A program made the translations under genes and the position numbers. The notes beneath the pieces are model-generated. The model had not been told where the DNA came from, did no database searches, and saw only the letters and a list, made by a program, of their open reading frames with translations. From Candidatus Omnitrophota bacterium (GTDB lineage Bacteria > Omnitrophota > Gorgyraeia > Zapsychrales > Zapsychraceae), in the NCBI GenBank assembly GCA_020429915.1, contig JAGQKV010000005.1, positions 7,125-71,124 of the forward strand: DNA of 64,000 nt. The letters are read 5' to 3'. Shown here piece by piece: positions 19,177 through 28,871 of this stretch (positions are counted from its first letter, which is position 1; the number at the start of each line of letters is the position of its first letter).

Positions 19177-20055
19177 TTATTCGCTGAGGATCTTGTCGAT
19201 CTCGGCCTTCAGAGCATTGAAATCACGGGCCATTGTGACCCGGCCGTTGATGTAGAAGGTGGGGGTGCCGCGGACGCCGACCTGGGCCGCCAGCTGCATG
19301 TCCTTCTGGATAATCTGCTCATACTTGGCCTCGTTGTTCTTCAGGTCTTTTTCCCACTTGGCCACGTTCAGACCGATCTCCCCGGCCCATGTTTTGTACA
19401 TTTCCGGCCCCAGGACGGTCCGGTTTTCGAGCATTTTGTCGATCATGGGACCGTACTTCCCCTGTTCCGCTGCAGCCAAAGCGGCCTTGGCCGCCGGTCT
19501 GGCGTTGGGATGAAAACTCAACGGGAAGTTCTTGACCATGTAATTGACGTCGTTGGGGTAGGCCTTCAGCACCTGCTGAATGGGAGGATGAAACCGCGCG
19601 CAGAAGGGGCATTCCATGTCCATAAACTCGGTGATCGTGACCTTGGCATTTCGCGGGCCAATGACCGGGGTGTGCGCGACCGGGATATCATACTTCCGGG
19701 TCGGGTCCGGTCCCGGAGGGGCCTGCTGCGGGGTCGGCGCAGGGGCCTGGGCCGTGGGGGCAGGGCGCGCAGCCAACTGTTTGACATCCCCTTCGATCGA
19801 CTTGATCCGGCTTTCCAAATCTGAAATTCGCGAAAGGGCCGTAGCCATCTGCAGGGCAACGGCGGTACTTGCCCCGGTATCGCCGGAACGGTTACCGATC
19901 TGGGCCTCGAGCCTGTTTTGGGCCTGCATAATAGCTGTTTGCTGATTGATCAGTTGCTGCAGGTCTCCCGAGCCGCCTTGCTTAGAAAAAATGCCCACGG
20001 CCACCAAGACCACGAGCACGACCAACATCACTGAATTAAATACCTTTGTGTCCAT
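19177..20055 (-). CDS. DsbA-family thiol:disulfide oxidoreductase with N-terminal membrane anchor and coiled-coil/Pro-rich linker
   Basis: 292 aa; an N-terminal TM helix, a coiled coil, a PAPTAQAPAPTPQQAPPGP linker and a thioredoxin fold with the CPFC active site. A strong RBS (AGAGGGA) is present. Confidence 0.75.
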   Translation of the reverse strand: MDTKVFNSVMLVVLVVLVAVGIFSKQGGSGDLQQLINQQTAIMQAQNRLEAQIGNRSGDTGASTAVALQMATALSRISDLESRIKSIEGDVKQLAARPAPTAQAPAPTPQQAPPGPDPTRKYDIPVAHTPVIGPRNAKVTITEFMDMECPFCARFHPPIQQVLKAYPNDVNYMVKNFPLSFHPNARPAAKAALAAAEQGKYGPMIDKMLENRTVLGPEMYKTWAGEIGLNVAKWEKDLKNNEAKYEQIIQKDMQLAAQVGVRGTPTFYINGRVTMARDFNALKAEIDKILSE

Positions 20056-20196
20056 AAGCGATCCCTCTTACCGGTTTGCGATTAACTGCTCACTTTTTAT
20101 ATGAACCCCCGTGACTTTACCTATCATAAGAACTTCTCGGCCAAATGCAAGCAAAAACTTTCAGGCCATCGGTATAAACATTTGCAATTTCAAGTT

Positions 20197-21009
20197 TTAT
20201 AGCGGCACTCCCCCGTAATATCGGATCACGTGCTTGATGTCCTGCCACCGGTTCGGACAATTGAAGGCCGCCACAATGAGCATGCTGTCGCCTTTCTCCA
20301 GCGTTCCGACGAAACAGGGGCCGGCGGCACGGGTGTATCCGGTCTTGCCGTAAACCTTTCTTTTCCAGTCATTGAACAGGATCTTGTTATGGCTCTTGAG
20401 CGAATGCTTGCGGCCGGCCTTGCTGTAGATGGTCCTGTATTTCTGTTTGATCGCGTCCCGGAAAAACGGATATTTCATCGCCTCCCGGAAAATCAGATAC
20501 ATGTCATACGCCGTGGTGTATTGCGATACGTTTTTGGTCGGCAGGCCGTGAGAATTGGCAAACTTTGTGTGTTTGGCGTCGATCTCCTTGGCCCTCGCGT
20601 TCATCATCTGAACGAATTCCCATTCCGACCCGGCCACGGCCTCGGCCAGGACCACGCTGGCATCATTGGCCGACTTCATTAATATGGCGTAAAGAAGATC
20701 ACGGACTTTGTACTGATCGCCTTCTTTGAGATAGAGCTTGGTGGGCTGCGGATAGGTGGCGCGCTTGCTGACGGTGACGTATTTATCGAGCGGCAGCTTT
20801 TCCATGACGAGCAAGGCCGTCATGACCTTGGTGGTGGACGCCGGCAAAACCCGGTCATGGACATTCTTGCCGTAGAGGCGCACGACCTTGGTGCGGTCGG
20901 AAAATATCATCGACCGGCAGGACACCTGGTACTTGGCAAACACCTCCGCCGGCTGGAATAGCAGGGCCCCGATGAGGAAAATGGTTAATAGCCGGTAACG
21001 CTGACGCAT
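20197..21009 (-). CDS. Serine-type D-Ala-D-Ala carboxypeptidase (peptidase S11, PBP5-like)
   Basis: 270 aa; a signal peptide and the motifs SxxK (ASTTK), SxN (SAND) and KTG. Confidence 0.8.
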   Translation of the reverse strand: MRQRYRLLTIFLIGALLFQPAEVFAKYQVSCRSMIFSDRTKVVRLYGKNVHDRVLPASTTKVMTALLVMEKLPLDKYVTVSKRATYPQPTKLYLKEGDQYKVRDLLYAILMKSANDASVVLAEAVAGSEWEFVQMMNARAKEIDAKHTKFANSHGLPTKNVSQYTTAYDMYLIFREAMKYPFFRDAIKQKYRTIYSKAGRKHSLKSHNKILFNDWKRKVYGKTGYTRAAGPCFVGTLEKGDSMLIVAAFNCPNRWQDIKHVIRYYGGVPL

Positions 21010-21028
21010 GAACCGATAGGAAAAACGA

Positions 21029-21994
21029 TTAGTTATTGTGCCGGACGGTCTGACGGCCGACAGCCGCCAGATGAATTTCCTCCAGCGCGGTATTTATTCC
21101 GGGTGTGGGGAAAAAATGCTGCCCTTCCATTTTGCAGAGCCGCCAAAAACCGTCTTCCCGCTTGAGCATGGCCCAAAAATTCTGGGTGAGATGCTGCTCG
21201 CTGACGATCACACGCAACATCATCCGCTGCTGATCGCGGTCAAAGATCCGATCCTTTAAGACCACCGCCACTTCCCCGCGAACATCCTCGAAGGAAAATT
21301 TGTCCGGATCGAATTCAGTGAGCTTGTATGATTTCAATTCGCAATCCTCCCTGACTGTACACGCTCTGTGTTTGTTCTTCAACAGATTTATCTCAAAAAA
21401 TTCCTCCTGCCCCTCCTCGATCCACTTTTTTTCGAATTTGGTTCCGAACTGCGCCGGAATATCCTCGGCCTGCAGGTGGAAATCGACCGGATCGTTCTCC
21501 TCTTTAACCCACTCGCTGTAGGGATAATAATCGGTAACCACATGCAGCGTACCGTTATCGGTAAGCCGGTTATTGAGCAGTCCGAGAAACTCGCGCGAAA
21601 AGAGACGGTGCTTAATATGGCCCTTCTTGGGCCAGGGACAGGGAAACAGGCTGTAGATGTGTTCGACGGAACGTTCGGCAAATAACCGTTCGAAGGCGAT
21701 CCAGGCGTTCAGGCGCAGGATACGGATATTGCCCGGCCCTTCTCCCGGCCGCGCCGCACGGTTGGCGCGATCGATCGCCTTGACGGTTTTGTAGATACGC
21801 TCCCAGTGGTACTCGATGCCAACGAAATTGATATGGGGAAACTCGCGCGCCCGCCGCAGCAACACTTCTCCCATACCGAAACCGATTTCAACGTGCAGCG
21901 GGGCCCGGCGACCAAAGGCCTCCTCCCACCGCACCGGCCTGTCGACGGAATAAAAGTCAAACAAGGGAGCGAGCGAACAGACGGTAAGCTTCAT
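21029..21994 (-). CDS. trmB: tRNA (guanine46-N7)-methyltransferase with ~100-aa C-terminal extension
   Basis: 321 aa; EIGFGMGE (SAM-binding) and FPCPWPKK (the TrmB FPDPWPKK motif). The C-terminal roughly 100 residues have no recognizable similarity. Confidence 0.8.
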   Translation of the reverse strand: MKLTVCSLAPLFDFYSVDRPVRWEEAFGRRAPLHVEIGFGMGEVLLRRAREFPHINFVGIEYHWERIYKTVKAIDRANRAARPGEGPGNIRILRLNAWIAFERLFAERSVEHIYSLFPCPWPKKGHIKHRLFSREFLGLLNNRLTDNGTLHVVTDYYPYSEWVKEENDPVDFHLQAEDIPAQFGTKFEKKWIEEGQEEFFEINLLKNKHRACTVREDCELKSYKLTEFDPDKFSFEDVRGEVAVVLKDRIFDRDQQRMMLRVIVSEQHLTQNFWAMLKREDGFWRLCKMEGQHFFPTPGINTALEEIHLAAVGRQTVRHNN

Positions 21995-21996
21995 CG

Positions 21997-22434
21997 TCAG
22001 TTGTTTTGCAGCGTATCAATGTAATCCCATCCACGGCCGATCATCACGTTGTCCTTGAAGATCACCGGTGTGAGTTCATCGTCGGTCACTTCTCCGTCCG
22101 ACTTGTTGATGCTGGTCAAAAAATAAACCACCAGGTGCGGCGTGTCGCCGGCGTTCATCATCTCAATACGATAGGGATTGCGCATGGCCACCGTGCCGAC
22201 CGATTGGGCCGAGGAATCGGACTCGGAAAAGCCGATTTTGACTTCGCGCCCCATCAGCGCCATCACTTCATCGTAGCTCATACCGTTGCGGATCTGATCG
22301 ATCGGCGTCAGCGGTTTACGTTCGGGGCGGGCCGCCATGGCGCGCGGGGGTTGATCGAGGGAAACTTGTCCGGGTTCCATCGTGGCACAGCCTGCCAGCA
22401 GCAAGACGGCCAACGGATAAATCAGTTTATTCAT
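21997..22434 (-). CDS. Lipoprotein, BamE (SmpA/OmlA)-like
   Basis: 145 aa; a signal peptide with the lipobox LLAGC, and RNGMSYDEVMALMGRE resembling the BamE GMT..QV...LG motif. Confidence 0.5.
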   Translation of the reverse strand: MNKLIYPLAVLLLAGCATMEPGQVSLDQPPRAMAARPERKPLTPIDQIRNGMSYDEVMALMGREVKIGFSESDSSAQSVGTVAMRNPYRIEMMNAGDTPHLVVYFLTSINKSDGEVTDDELTPVIFKDNVMIGRGWDYIDTLQNN

Positions 22435-22562
22435 AATATCCTCCTGTTGATAATTGTGATATTCTATCCGAAAACCTTTCGCCAGACAAGTTGTTTGCGG
22501 CCCGCCGAAATGCTATCATATTCGGACTTGGCGACAAACTTCTACCAAGGACAAAAAATCTT

Positions 22563-23360
22563 ATGTGGGAACAATTTATATTAGGCGTCATCCAGGGCAT
22601 CGCTGAATGGTTGCCGATCAGCTCCGAGGGCATGATCCTGCTGGCTAAAAACACCTTCCTGCACTCCGGGGATTCTTTCGGGGAATCGATCAGACAGGCC
22701 CTCTATCTGCATTTGGGAACGTTTTTCGCCGCGCTGATATACTTTCGGGCGGACGTGGCCAAGCTGCTCAGGGGCGTGGTGAATTTTCGCGGACAGGACA
22801 CGGAGACCCGGAACATCTTCGTCTTTCTCTTCCTGTCCACGCTGATCAGCGGGTGCCTGGGGCTGCTGCTGCTGAAGACGGTGGAGGACTTCGCCGAGTC
22901 TTTTACGACCGGAAGCAAGATCATCGTCGGTTTGATCGGATTGCTGCTCATCGGGACCGGCTTCCTGGAAATACGCGCCAAACACGGCGGTTACCGTCAC
23001 GCTTCCGATTTGCGGACACGCGACGGCGTGATCTTGGGCATCACCCAGGGCTTTGCCGCCCTGCCCGGATTTTCACGCTCGGGGCTGACGGTCTCGGCGC
23101 TGCTGTTGTGCAAGTTCGACCGGGACTTCGCCTTGCGGTTGAGTTTTCTGATGAGCCTGCCGATCGTGCTCGCCGGGAACATCGTCAAAAACTGGAAGGC
23201 CCTGTTTGAGTTCTCACCCGAATTACTGGTCGGTGTGGGCACCGCGTTTGTGTTCGGTTTGGCGACCATTCACCTGCTGTTGAAGGTCGCGAAAAAAATC
23301 AACTTCGGAATTTTCGTTATCGTCTTCGGGATCCTCACCCTCATCTCGACCCTCATTTAA
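22563..23360 (+). CDS. uppP: Undecaprenyl-diphosphate phosphatase
   Basis: Start chosen at the Met MWEQFILGVIQGIAEWLPISSEGM..., which matches the UppP N-terminus and the (L)PISSEGH motif. The second motif is PGFSRSG. The ORF could begin earlier, at 22491. Confidence 0.85.
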   Translation: MWEQFILGVIQGIAEWLPISSEGMILLAKNTFLHSGDSFGESIRQALYLHLGTFFAALIYFRADVAKLLRGVVNFRGQDTETRNIFVFLFLSTLISGCLGLLLLKTVEDFAESFTTGSKIIVGLIGLLLIGTGFLEIRAKHGGYRHASDLRTRDGVILGITQGFAALPGFSRSGLTVSALLLCKFDRDFALRLSFLMSLPIVLAGNIVKNWKALFEFSPELLVGVGTAFVFGLATIHLLLKVAKKINFGIFVIVFGILTLISTLI

Positions 23361-24075
23361 ACAAACCGCCGACCTCGGCCACGGCCACGTGGACCGCCGT
23401 CTCCACCCGCAGGATCCGCGGCCCCAGGGATAACCGGGATACGCCTAGCGCATCGAACCGGTCGACTTCATAGGGAATAAATCCGCCTTCCGGACCGATG
23501 ATCAGCGTGGCCTGCGGACCGGTCCTTTCGGTAACCGGGCCACCATCACCGGGATGGGCCAGCCATGCGGGACCGTTCCTTATCAGACCGGGCAACTCGT
23601 CTTCGATGAACGGCTTGAACCGTTTGTGAATCCGAACTTCGGGGAGGACCGTGTCGATGGCCTGCTCGAGTCCGAGACGAAATTGCTGATCGATATTCTC
23701 GGGCGCAAGCACGGGCGACTGCCAGTAACTTTTTTCAACCCGTCGGGAATGGATCAGCCAAATCCGTTTCACGCCGAGGCTGGTGACGGCTGCCAGCAAA
23801 CGGTTCATTACGATCGGCCGCGGCAGGGCCAGTACCAATGTGACCGGCAACGGCGGCGGCGGATCATCGTCCAGGACCACTTCCGCGAGCACGGCGCTGC
23901 GCGCGCTGATTTTGGTCACCTTAGCCCGGCCCAGTTTGCCGTTAACCCGTCCCACCGCCAGCTCGTCGCCCGGCGCGCACGCCAGCACCTGGTTCATATG
24001 CTGGACCCGCCGGCCACTCAAGTGGACCGTGTCGGTATCCGCAAAGTCCGTATCGTCGAGTAAAATCACATTCAT
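23353..24075 (-). CDS. rsmE: 16S rRNA (uracil1498-N3)-methyltransferase
   Basis: 240 aa; PUA-like N-terminal domain plus a SPOUT domain (LVLALPRP..., LIIGPEGGF). The two ends converge with uppP and overlap by 8 nt. Confidence 0.85.
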   Translation of the reverse strand: MNVILLDDTDFADTDTVHLSGRRVQHMNQVLACAPGDELAVGRVNGKLGRAKVTKISARSAVLAEVVLDDDPPPPLPVTLVLALPRPIVMNRLLAAVTSLGVKRIWLIHSRRVEKSYWQSPVLAPENIDQQFRLGLEQAIDTVLPEVRIHKRFKPFIEDELPGLIRNGPAWLAHPGDGGPVTERTGPQATLIIGPEGGFIPYEVDRFDALGVSRLSLGPRILRVETAVHVAVAEVGGLFK

Positions 24076-24107
24076 CGCGTATTCCGATTCGGTGTTATAC
24101 TGTTGCC

Positions 24108-25154
24108 ATGAAGACTCAAAATCTTATTGTCGGTCAGGGGTTGGCGGGGACGCTGCTCTATCATCACCTCACCAAACGCGGCGCCCGCTGCATGATCATC
24201 GACGACGACCACGCCACCTGTGCCTCGGCGGTGGCCGCCGGCTTTGTCAATCCGATCAGCGGAAGACGGCTTATTCTATCAGACGACTTCGAGAAATACT
24301 ATGCCGAAGCCGAAGCGACCTACCGGGAAATGGAACGCACCTTGCGCGAGCATCTCTTCGAGCCCAAGGACATCGTGCGTTTCTACGATTCCTTCACCGA
24401 ACAAAAGAACTGGTCGGAACGCAAGGACCGTATCAAAAGTGCGCCGTACGTCAAATCCTTTCAGCCCGCCGGGTTATACCGGCGCTGGTTTCACGATCCG
24501 TACGGAAGTCTGGTCATCAAGGGACATATCTGTCATTTGCACCGGTTGCTGTCTTCGTTCCGGGAACAAACCGGACCGGATCATATCGTACCCGGCGCCT
24601 TCGACGCGGCCCGGCTGGAAGTGACGGCGGACGGCGTGGCTTATCGGGGGATTCAGGCCAAACGCGTTATTTTCTGCGAAGGGTTCCGGGTGACACAAAA
24701 CCATTACTTCGCAAAACTCCCCTGGAAACATGCCAAAGGTGAAATCCTCCTCCTCGAACACGAGGGACCGCCCCTGCCGGACAAGATCTTCAATTTCGGC
24801 AAATGGGCCTACCGCGCCTCCGATAAAACCGTCCGTCTGGGGACAACATTTTACTGGCGCACCATCGATACCGAACCCAGCGAAGAGGCCCGCCGTGAGA
24901 TCCTGGCCCGGGCCGAGACCCGGATCGTCTTCCCGTACACGATCAAGCAGCAGTATGCCGGCGTCCGCCCCGTCCTGCTGGACCTCAATCCGGTGGCGGG
25001 CCTTCACCCGCGCCACCCCCGCGTCGGCATCCTCAACGGCTTCGGCGCCAAGGGTGTCCTGCGCGGACCGCACGCCGCGCGGCAATTGGCCGAATATCTC
25101 ACCGAAGGCCGCCCTATCGACCGCAGCATTAATATAAGTCGATTTAATATTTAA
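24108..25154 (+). CDS. FAD-dependent oxidoreductase (DAO family; glycine/D-amino-acid oxidase-like)
   Basis: 348 aa; an N-terminal dinucleotide-binding motif, IVGQGLAGTLL. Confidence 0.7.
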   Translation: MKTQNLIVGQGLAGTLLYHHLTKRGARCMIIDDDHATCASAVAAGFVNPISGRRLILSDDFEKYYAEAEATYREMERTLREHLFEPKDIVRFYDSFTEQKNWSERKDRIKSAPYVKSFQPAGLYRRWFHDPYGSLVIKGHICHLHRLLSSFREQTGPDHIVPGAFDAARLEVTADGVAYRGIQAKRVIFCEGFRVTQNHYFAKLPWKHAKGEILLLEHEGPPLPDKIFNFGKWAYRASDKTVRLGTTFYWRTIDTEPSEEARREILARAETRIVFPYTIKQQYAGVRPVLLDLNPVAGLHPRHPRVGILNGFGAKGVLRGPHAARQLAEYLTEGRPIDRSINISRFNI

Positions 25155-25220
25155 GGCCTTATTGTTATATTGTATACTTGATTTGGTCATAATTAAGAGT
25201 TGTGTAAATGGGGATTGCCT

Positions 25221-26408
25221 GTGTCCACCCATATTGGCATCGGTTTCAGTCAGAACATCGACATGCACAGTGCCGCCCGGGACGCGGCCTTCGAGGCGAA
25301 AACCAACCTGCGGCAGGACCACATTGATCTCGCCATCGTGTTTTCCAGCATCCACTACGACCCCCATGAAATACTCCCGGTGGTCCGCCAAGTCCTCAAC
25401 AGCCAAAGGTTGATCGGTTCCTCCACCGCCGGAATCATCCGAGATACTTCCGTGGCGGTCCGCGGCATCGGTGTCCTGACTATCTCTTCCACGGATATCC
25501 AGTTCGGCATCGCGTCGACGCAAGACAGACAGACCAACAATCCGGTCGAATTGGGTGCGGAGCTGGCCAATGACGTCATCAAGGATCACGGGCAAAGCGC
25601 CCGCCAGGCCTTTTTGTTCTTTATGGACGACAAGCTCCGCTGGACCTCGGAATTGTTGAGAGGCCTGCAGGGCATCTTCGGAAATATCTTCCCGATTGTG
25701 GGGGCCGGGAGTTCCGACGATTTTCACTTCGGGAACACGTACCAGTTTTATCAGGACGAAATTTTCTATCAGTCGGTTACCGGCGTGCTCATGGGCGGTC
25801 AGATGAGTGTCGGTGTTGCCGGACGACACGGGTGGCGACCGCTGGGAAAACCGCGGATTATCGATGAAGCCGAATACAACGTCATCAAGACGATCGACGG
25901 ACAAAAGGCTTCTTCCCTGTACGATGAATATTTCGGTGAGTACGCCCAAGACTTGCGCTCCGACAAGCTCGGCCGCATGGCGATCCTTTATCCGCTGGGC
26001 GTGTACGTGGAAGGCAGCAACGAATACCTGCTGCGCAACACGGTGGATATCCTCTCGGACGGCAGCATCGTCTGTCAAGGCGACGTCCCGGTGGGTTCGG
26101 AAGTTCACATCATGATCGGCAACAAGGACTCCTGCCAGACGGCCGCCCATGAGGCCGCCATGGAGGCGCAAAAGAATTTGCTGGGCAAGCCTGCGAGGCT
26201 GGTCATCGTCATCGAATGCCTCTCCCGGCTGAAATTGCTCGGCCGCGGGGCCTACCGGGAATTACAGCAGGTCCGCGAGGTGTTCGGGGAAAATGTCCCG
26301 ATGTTCGGGATGTACTCCAACGGTGAGGTATGTCCGTTTCAGACCACCGAACGTTTCAAGAAACCGCATCATCAAAACGAGAGCATCGTAATATTGGCCA
26401 TAGCCTAA
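25221..26408 (+). CDS. FIST-domain sensor protein (FIST_N + FIST_C)
   Basis: A GTG start (VSTHIGIGFS...) is preceded by a GGGGA RBS. The track places an alternative TTG start at 25200. The protein runs IGIGFS...LAIVFSS..HYD and carries a C-terminal FIST_C region. Its stop overlaps the kinase start (TAATG). Confidence 0.65.
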   Translation: MSTHIGIGFSQNIDMHSAARDAAFEAKTNLRQDHIDLAIVFSSIHYDPHEILPVVRQVLNSQRLIGSSTAGIIRDTSVAVRGIGVLTISSTDIQFGIASTQDRQTNNPVELGAELANDVIKDHGQSARQAFLFFMDDKLRWTSELLRGLQGIFGNIFPIVGAGSSDDFHFGNTYQFYQDEIFYQSVTGVLMGGQMSVGVAGRHGWRPLGKPRIIDEAEYNVIKTIDGQKASSLYDEYFGEYAQDLRSDKLGRMAILYPLGVYVEGSNEYLLRNTVDILSDGSIVCQGDVPVGSEVHIMIGNKDSCQTAAHEAAMEAQKNLLGKPARLVIVIECLSRLKLLGRGAYRELQQVREVFGENVPMFGMYSNGEVCPFQTTERFKKPHHQNESIVILAIA

Positions 26409-27949
26409 TGATAGAACTTCCCGTCAATATCATCGCCGGTTGTATCGTTTTCGCATTCATCATATTCGGCCTGTGCATCCTGTTCATGTCGAATAAAAAC
26501 AAGCAAATCGCGCAGTATGAATTCGCCCTGGCCAAGCTCAAACGGTCATTCAACGAACTTGACGAACAGGCGAAGCTCATCGTCAAGACCGACCTCGAGC
26601 TGAACAAGGCCCAGGAGATCTCCGACAAGCGTCTCAACGGCCTGGAAGCCCTGCAAAAGATTTCCCGCCTAATCAGTACCACCCTCGATGAAAACGAAAT
26701 CTTTCATCGCTTGGACCAGGCGTTCCTCACGGACCTGGATTTCGAACGGACGCTGATCTTCGAGTTCGACAACGCCCGGCAACTGCACGAACGCATTTCC
26801 CTCGGATTCTCCCAGGAAGCCATCAAATTCATCATGACCAATCTGGAAAATGACTTCAATCTGATGGGGGCTTTGCGCGAAGGCCACACCTACTCCTCGG
26901 CCAACTGCCCCGATCAACGGCGGGAGTCGATTGTCCGTATCTTCGATACCGGGCATTTCATCATCTCCCCCATCCTGACGCAAAACGGTATCATCGGTAT
27001 TGTTTTTGTGGGCAACCTCTCCAACGTCTCGCCCGTGACGGAAGGCGACGAGGAATTGATTTCGATCCTCGCCAGTCAGATCGGACAGTCGCTGGAAAAC
27101 GCCCGCTTGTTCGAAGAAGTTTACCGCTCTTCCCAGGCCCTGGAATCCAAGGTCCAGGAACGGACCAAACAGCTGCAGGAGGCGCTCAAGGAGGTCCAGG
27201 AAATCAGCAGGACCAAATCCGACTTCATCTCGGCGGTCTCCCATGAGTTGCGCACGCCGTTGACGTCCATCAAAGGCTACGCCGCGATCCTGATGGACGG
27301 TAAGCTCGGTGAGATCCCGGAAAAGGTCCGCCAGCGGCTCGGCAAGATCAACACGCATTCGGACAATCTGGTGGGTCTCATCAATAACCTGCTCGACATT
27401 TCCCGCATCGAGTCGGGCCGCGTGGAAATGAACTTCGGAAAATGCGAACTGTTGAAGGTCGTCGACAATGTCCATGACTTGCTCACGCCGCAGATGCGCG
27501 ACAAATCGATCACATTTAAAAACGAGGTCGACTCCAAGATCCCGACGATGCAACTGGACCACAGCCAAATCGAACGCGTCTTCATCAACCTCGTCGGAAA
27601 CGCGATCAAATTCACTCCCGAAAGAGGGACCATCAGCGTGAAGGCAACGATGGAAAACAATCTGGTCACCTGCGCGGTTACCGACACGGGGATCGGTATT
27701 CCCGAAGAGGACATCAAACGCCTGTTCGACGAGTTCTACCGGGTGGACAACGAAATCAATCAAAACGTCAAGGGAACGGGGCTCGGCCTCCCCCTGGCCA
27801 AGAAAATCGTGGAAGCCCATGATGGACGCATGTGGGTCACCAGTATCGTCAGACAGGGCACCACATTTCATTTTACGCTACCGGTGAAGACCGAGGAACA
27901 GATAGCTCAAGAGAAAGAATCCAGAGAAAAAGGAATCAGCCATGACTAA
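26408..27949 (+). CDS. Sensor histidine kinase (TM, coiled coil, GAF, HisKA, HATPase_c)
   Basis: Starts MIELPVNIIAGCIVFAFIIFGLCILF (TM helix). It carries a GAF-like region, the H-box SHELRTPLTSIKGY, an N-box (LVGNAIKFT) and a G-box (GTGLGL). Confidence 0.85.
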   Translation: MIELPVNIIAGCIVFAFIIFGLCILFMSNKNKQIAQYEFALAKLKRSFNELDEQAKLIVKTDLELNKAQEISDKRLNGLEALQKISRLISTTLDENEIFHRLDQAFLTDLDFERTLIFEFDNARQLHERISLGFSQEAIKFIMTNLENDFNLMGALREGHTYSSANCPDQRRESIVRIFDTGHFIISPILTQNGIIGIVFVGNLSNVSPVTEGDEELISILASQIGQSLENARLFEEVYRSSQALESKVQERTKQLQEALKEVQEISRTKSDFISAVSHELRTPLTSIKGYAAILMDGKLGEIPEKVRQRLGKINTHSDNLVGLINNLLDISRIESGRVEMNFGKCELLKVVDNVHDLLTPQMRDKSITFKNEVDSKIPTMQLDHSQIERVFINLVGNAIKFTPERGTISVKATMENNLVTCAVTDTGIGIPEEDIKRLFDEFYRVDNEINQNVKGTGLGLPLAKKIVEAHDGRMWVTSIVRQGTTFHFTLPVKTEEQIAQEKESREKGISHD

Positions 27950-28871
27950 ACCGAAAATCCTCACCGTCGACGACGATCCGGATATCCTCGACGTCCTTGA
28001 ACTCACCCTGTCGGAACAGTATGACGTAACCCAGGCCAGCAACGGAAAGGAAGGGTTGGAAATCGTGAAGCAGTTCATGCCGGACCTTATCATTTGCGAT
28101 TATATGATGCCGGTCATGAACGGACGGGAATTCTGCAAGGCCCTGAAAAAGGATACTCTCCTGCGCCACGTGCCGGTGATCATGCTGACCGGAAAAGGCG
28201 AAACGCAGGACCGGATCGGCGGTATTGAAGCCGGGGTGGATGATTACATGATCAAACCCTTCGCCCCCGATGAACTGCTGGCCCGCATCAAGATGATCCT
28301 GCGGCGGACCATCAGCAGCCTTGATGCCAATCCGCTGACCCACCTCCCCGGGAACACCTCGATCATGGAAGAAATCCAGGCCCGCATCGATTCCGGCCGC
28401 GAATTTGCGGTGGGTTACGCGGATCTGGACGCGTTCAAGGTGTACAACGACAAATACGGTTTTGAAAAAGGCGATGAAGTGATTCTGGCCACGGCCAGGG
28501 TCATCCTCAACTGCGTGCAGGAAATCGCGCGCGATAACAGCTTTGTCGGGCACATCGGAGGTGATGACTTCGTTTTTATCACGGATGACAACGTCATGGA
28601 CGAAATTTGTGAAAAGGTGATCTCGGAGTTTGACAAGATTGTGCCCAATTTTTACAATGAGCAGGACCGGGACAAGGGCTTCATTACCGGTAAGGACCGG
28701 CAGGGAAACCACAAGGAATTCGGCCTGATCGCGGTCTCAATCGGGATCGTGTCCAATGTCAATCAGAAGATTTCGCACGTGGCACAAATCGGTGAGATCG
28801 GGGCGGAACTGAAGAAATTTGCCAAGAGTAAAGATGGAAGCAATTACGTGAGGGACCAGCGCCGTTCTTAA
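27942..28871 (+). CDS. Response regulator with GGDEF output domain (GGDDF variant)
   Basis: A REC domain (DDDPDIL...DYMMP...KPF) followed by a GGDEF domain (YADLDAFKVYNDKYG...HIGGDDF). It overlaps the kinase stop by 8 nt. Confidence 0.85.
   Translation: MTKPKILTVDDDPDILDVLELTLSEQYDVTQASNGKEGLEIVKQFMPDLIICDYMMPVMNGREFCKALKKDTLLRHVPVIMLTGKGETQDRIGGIEAGVDDYMIKPFAPDELLARIKMILRRTISSLDANPLTHLPGNTSIMEEIQARIDSGREFAVGYADLDAFKVYNDKYGFEKGDEVILATARVILNCVQEIARDNSFVGHIGGDDFVFITDDNVMDEICEKVISEFDKIVPNFYNEQDRDKGFITGKDRQGNHKEFGLIAVSIGIVSNVNQKISHVAQIGEIGAELKKFAKSKDGSNYVRDQRRS

Noticed and set aside
26669-27871. Minus-strand ORF of 400 aa inside the histidine-kinase gene.
   Set aside because: It is antisense to a gene with complete H, N and G boxes and has no homology of its own.
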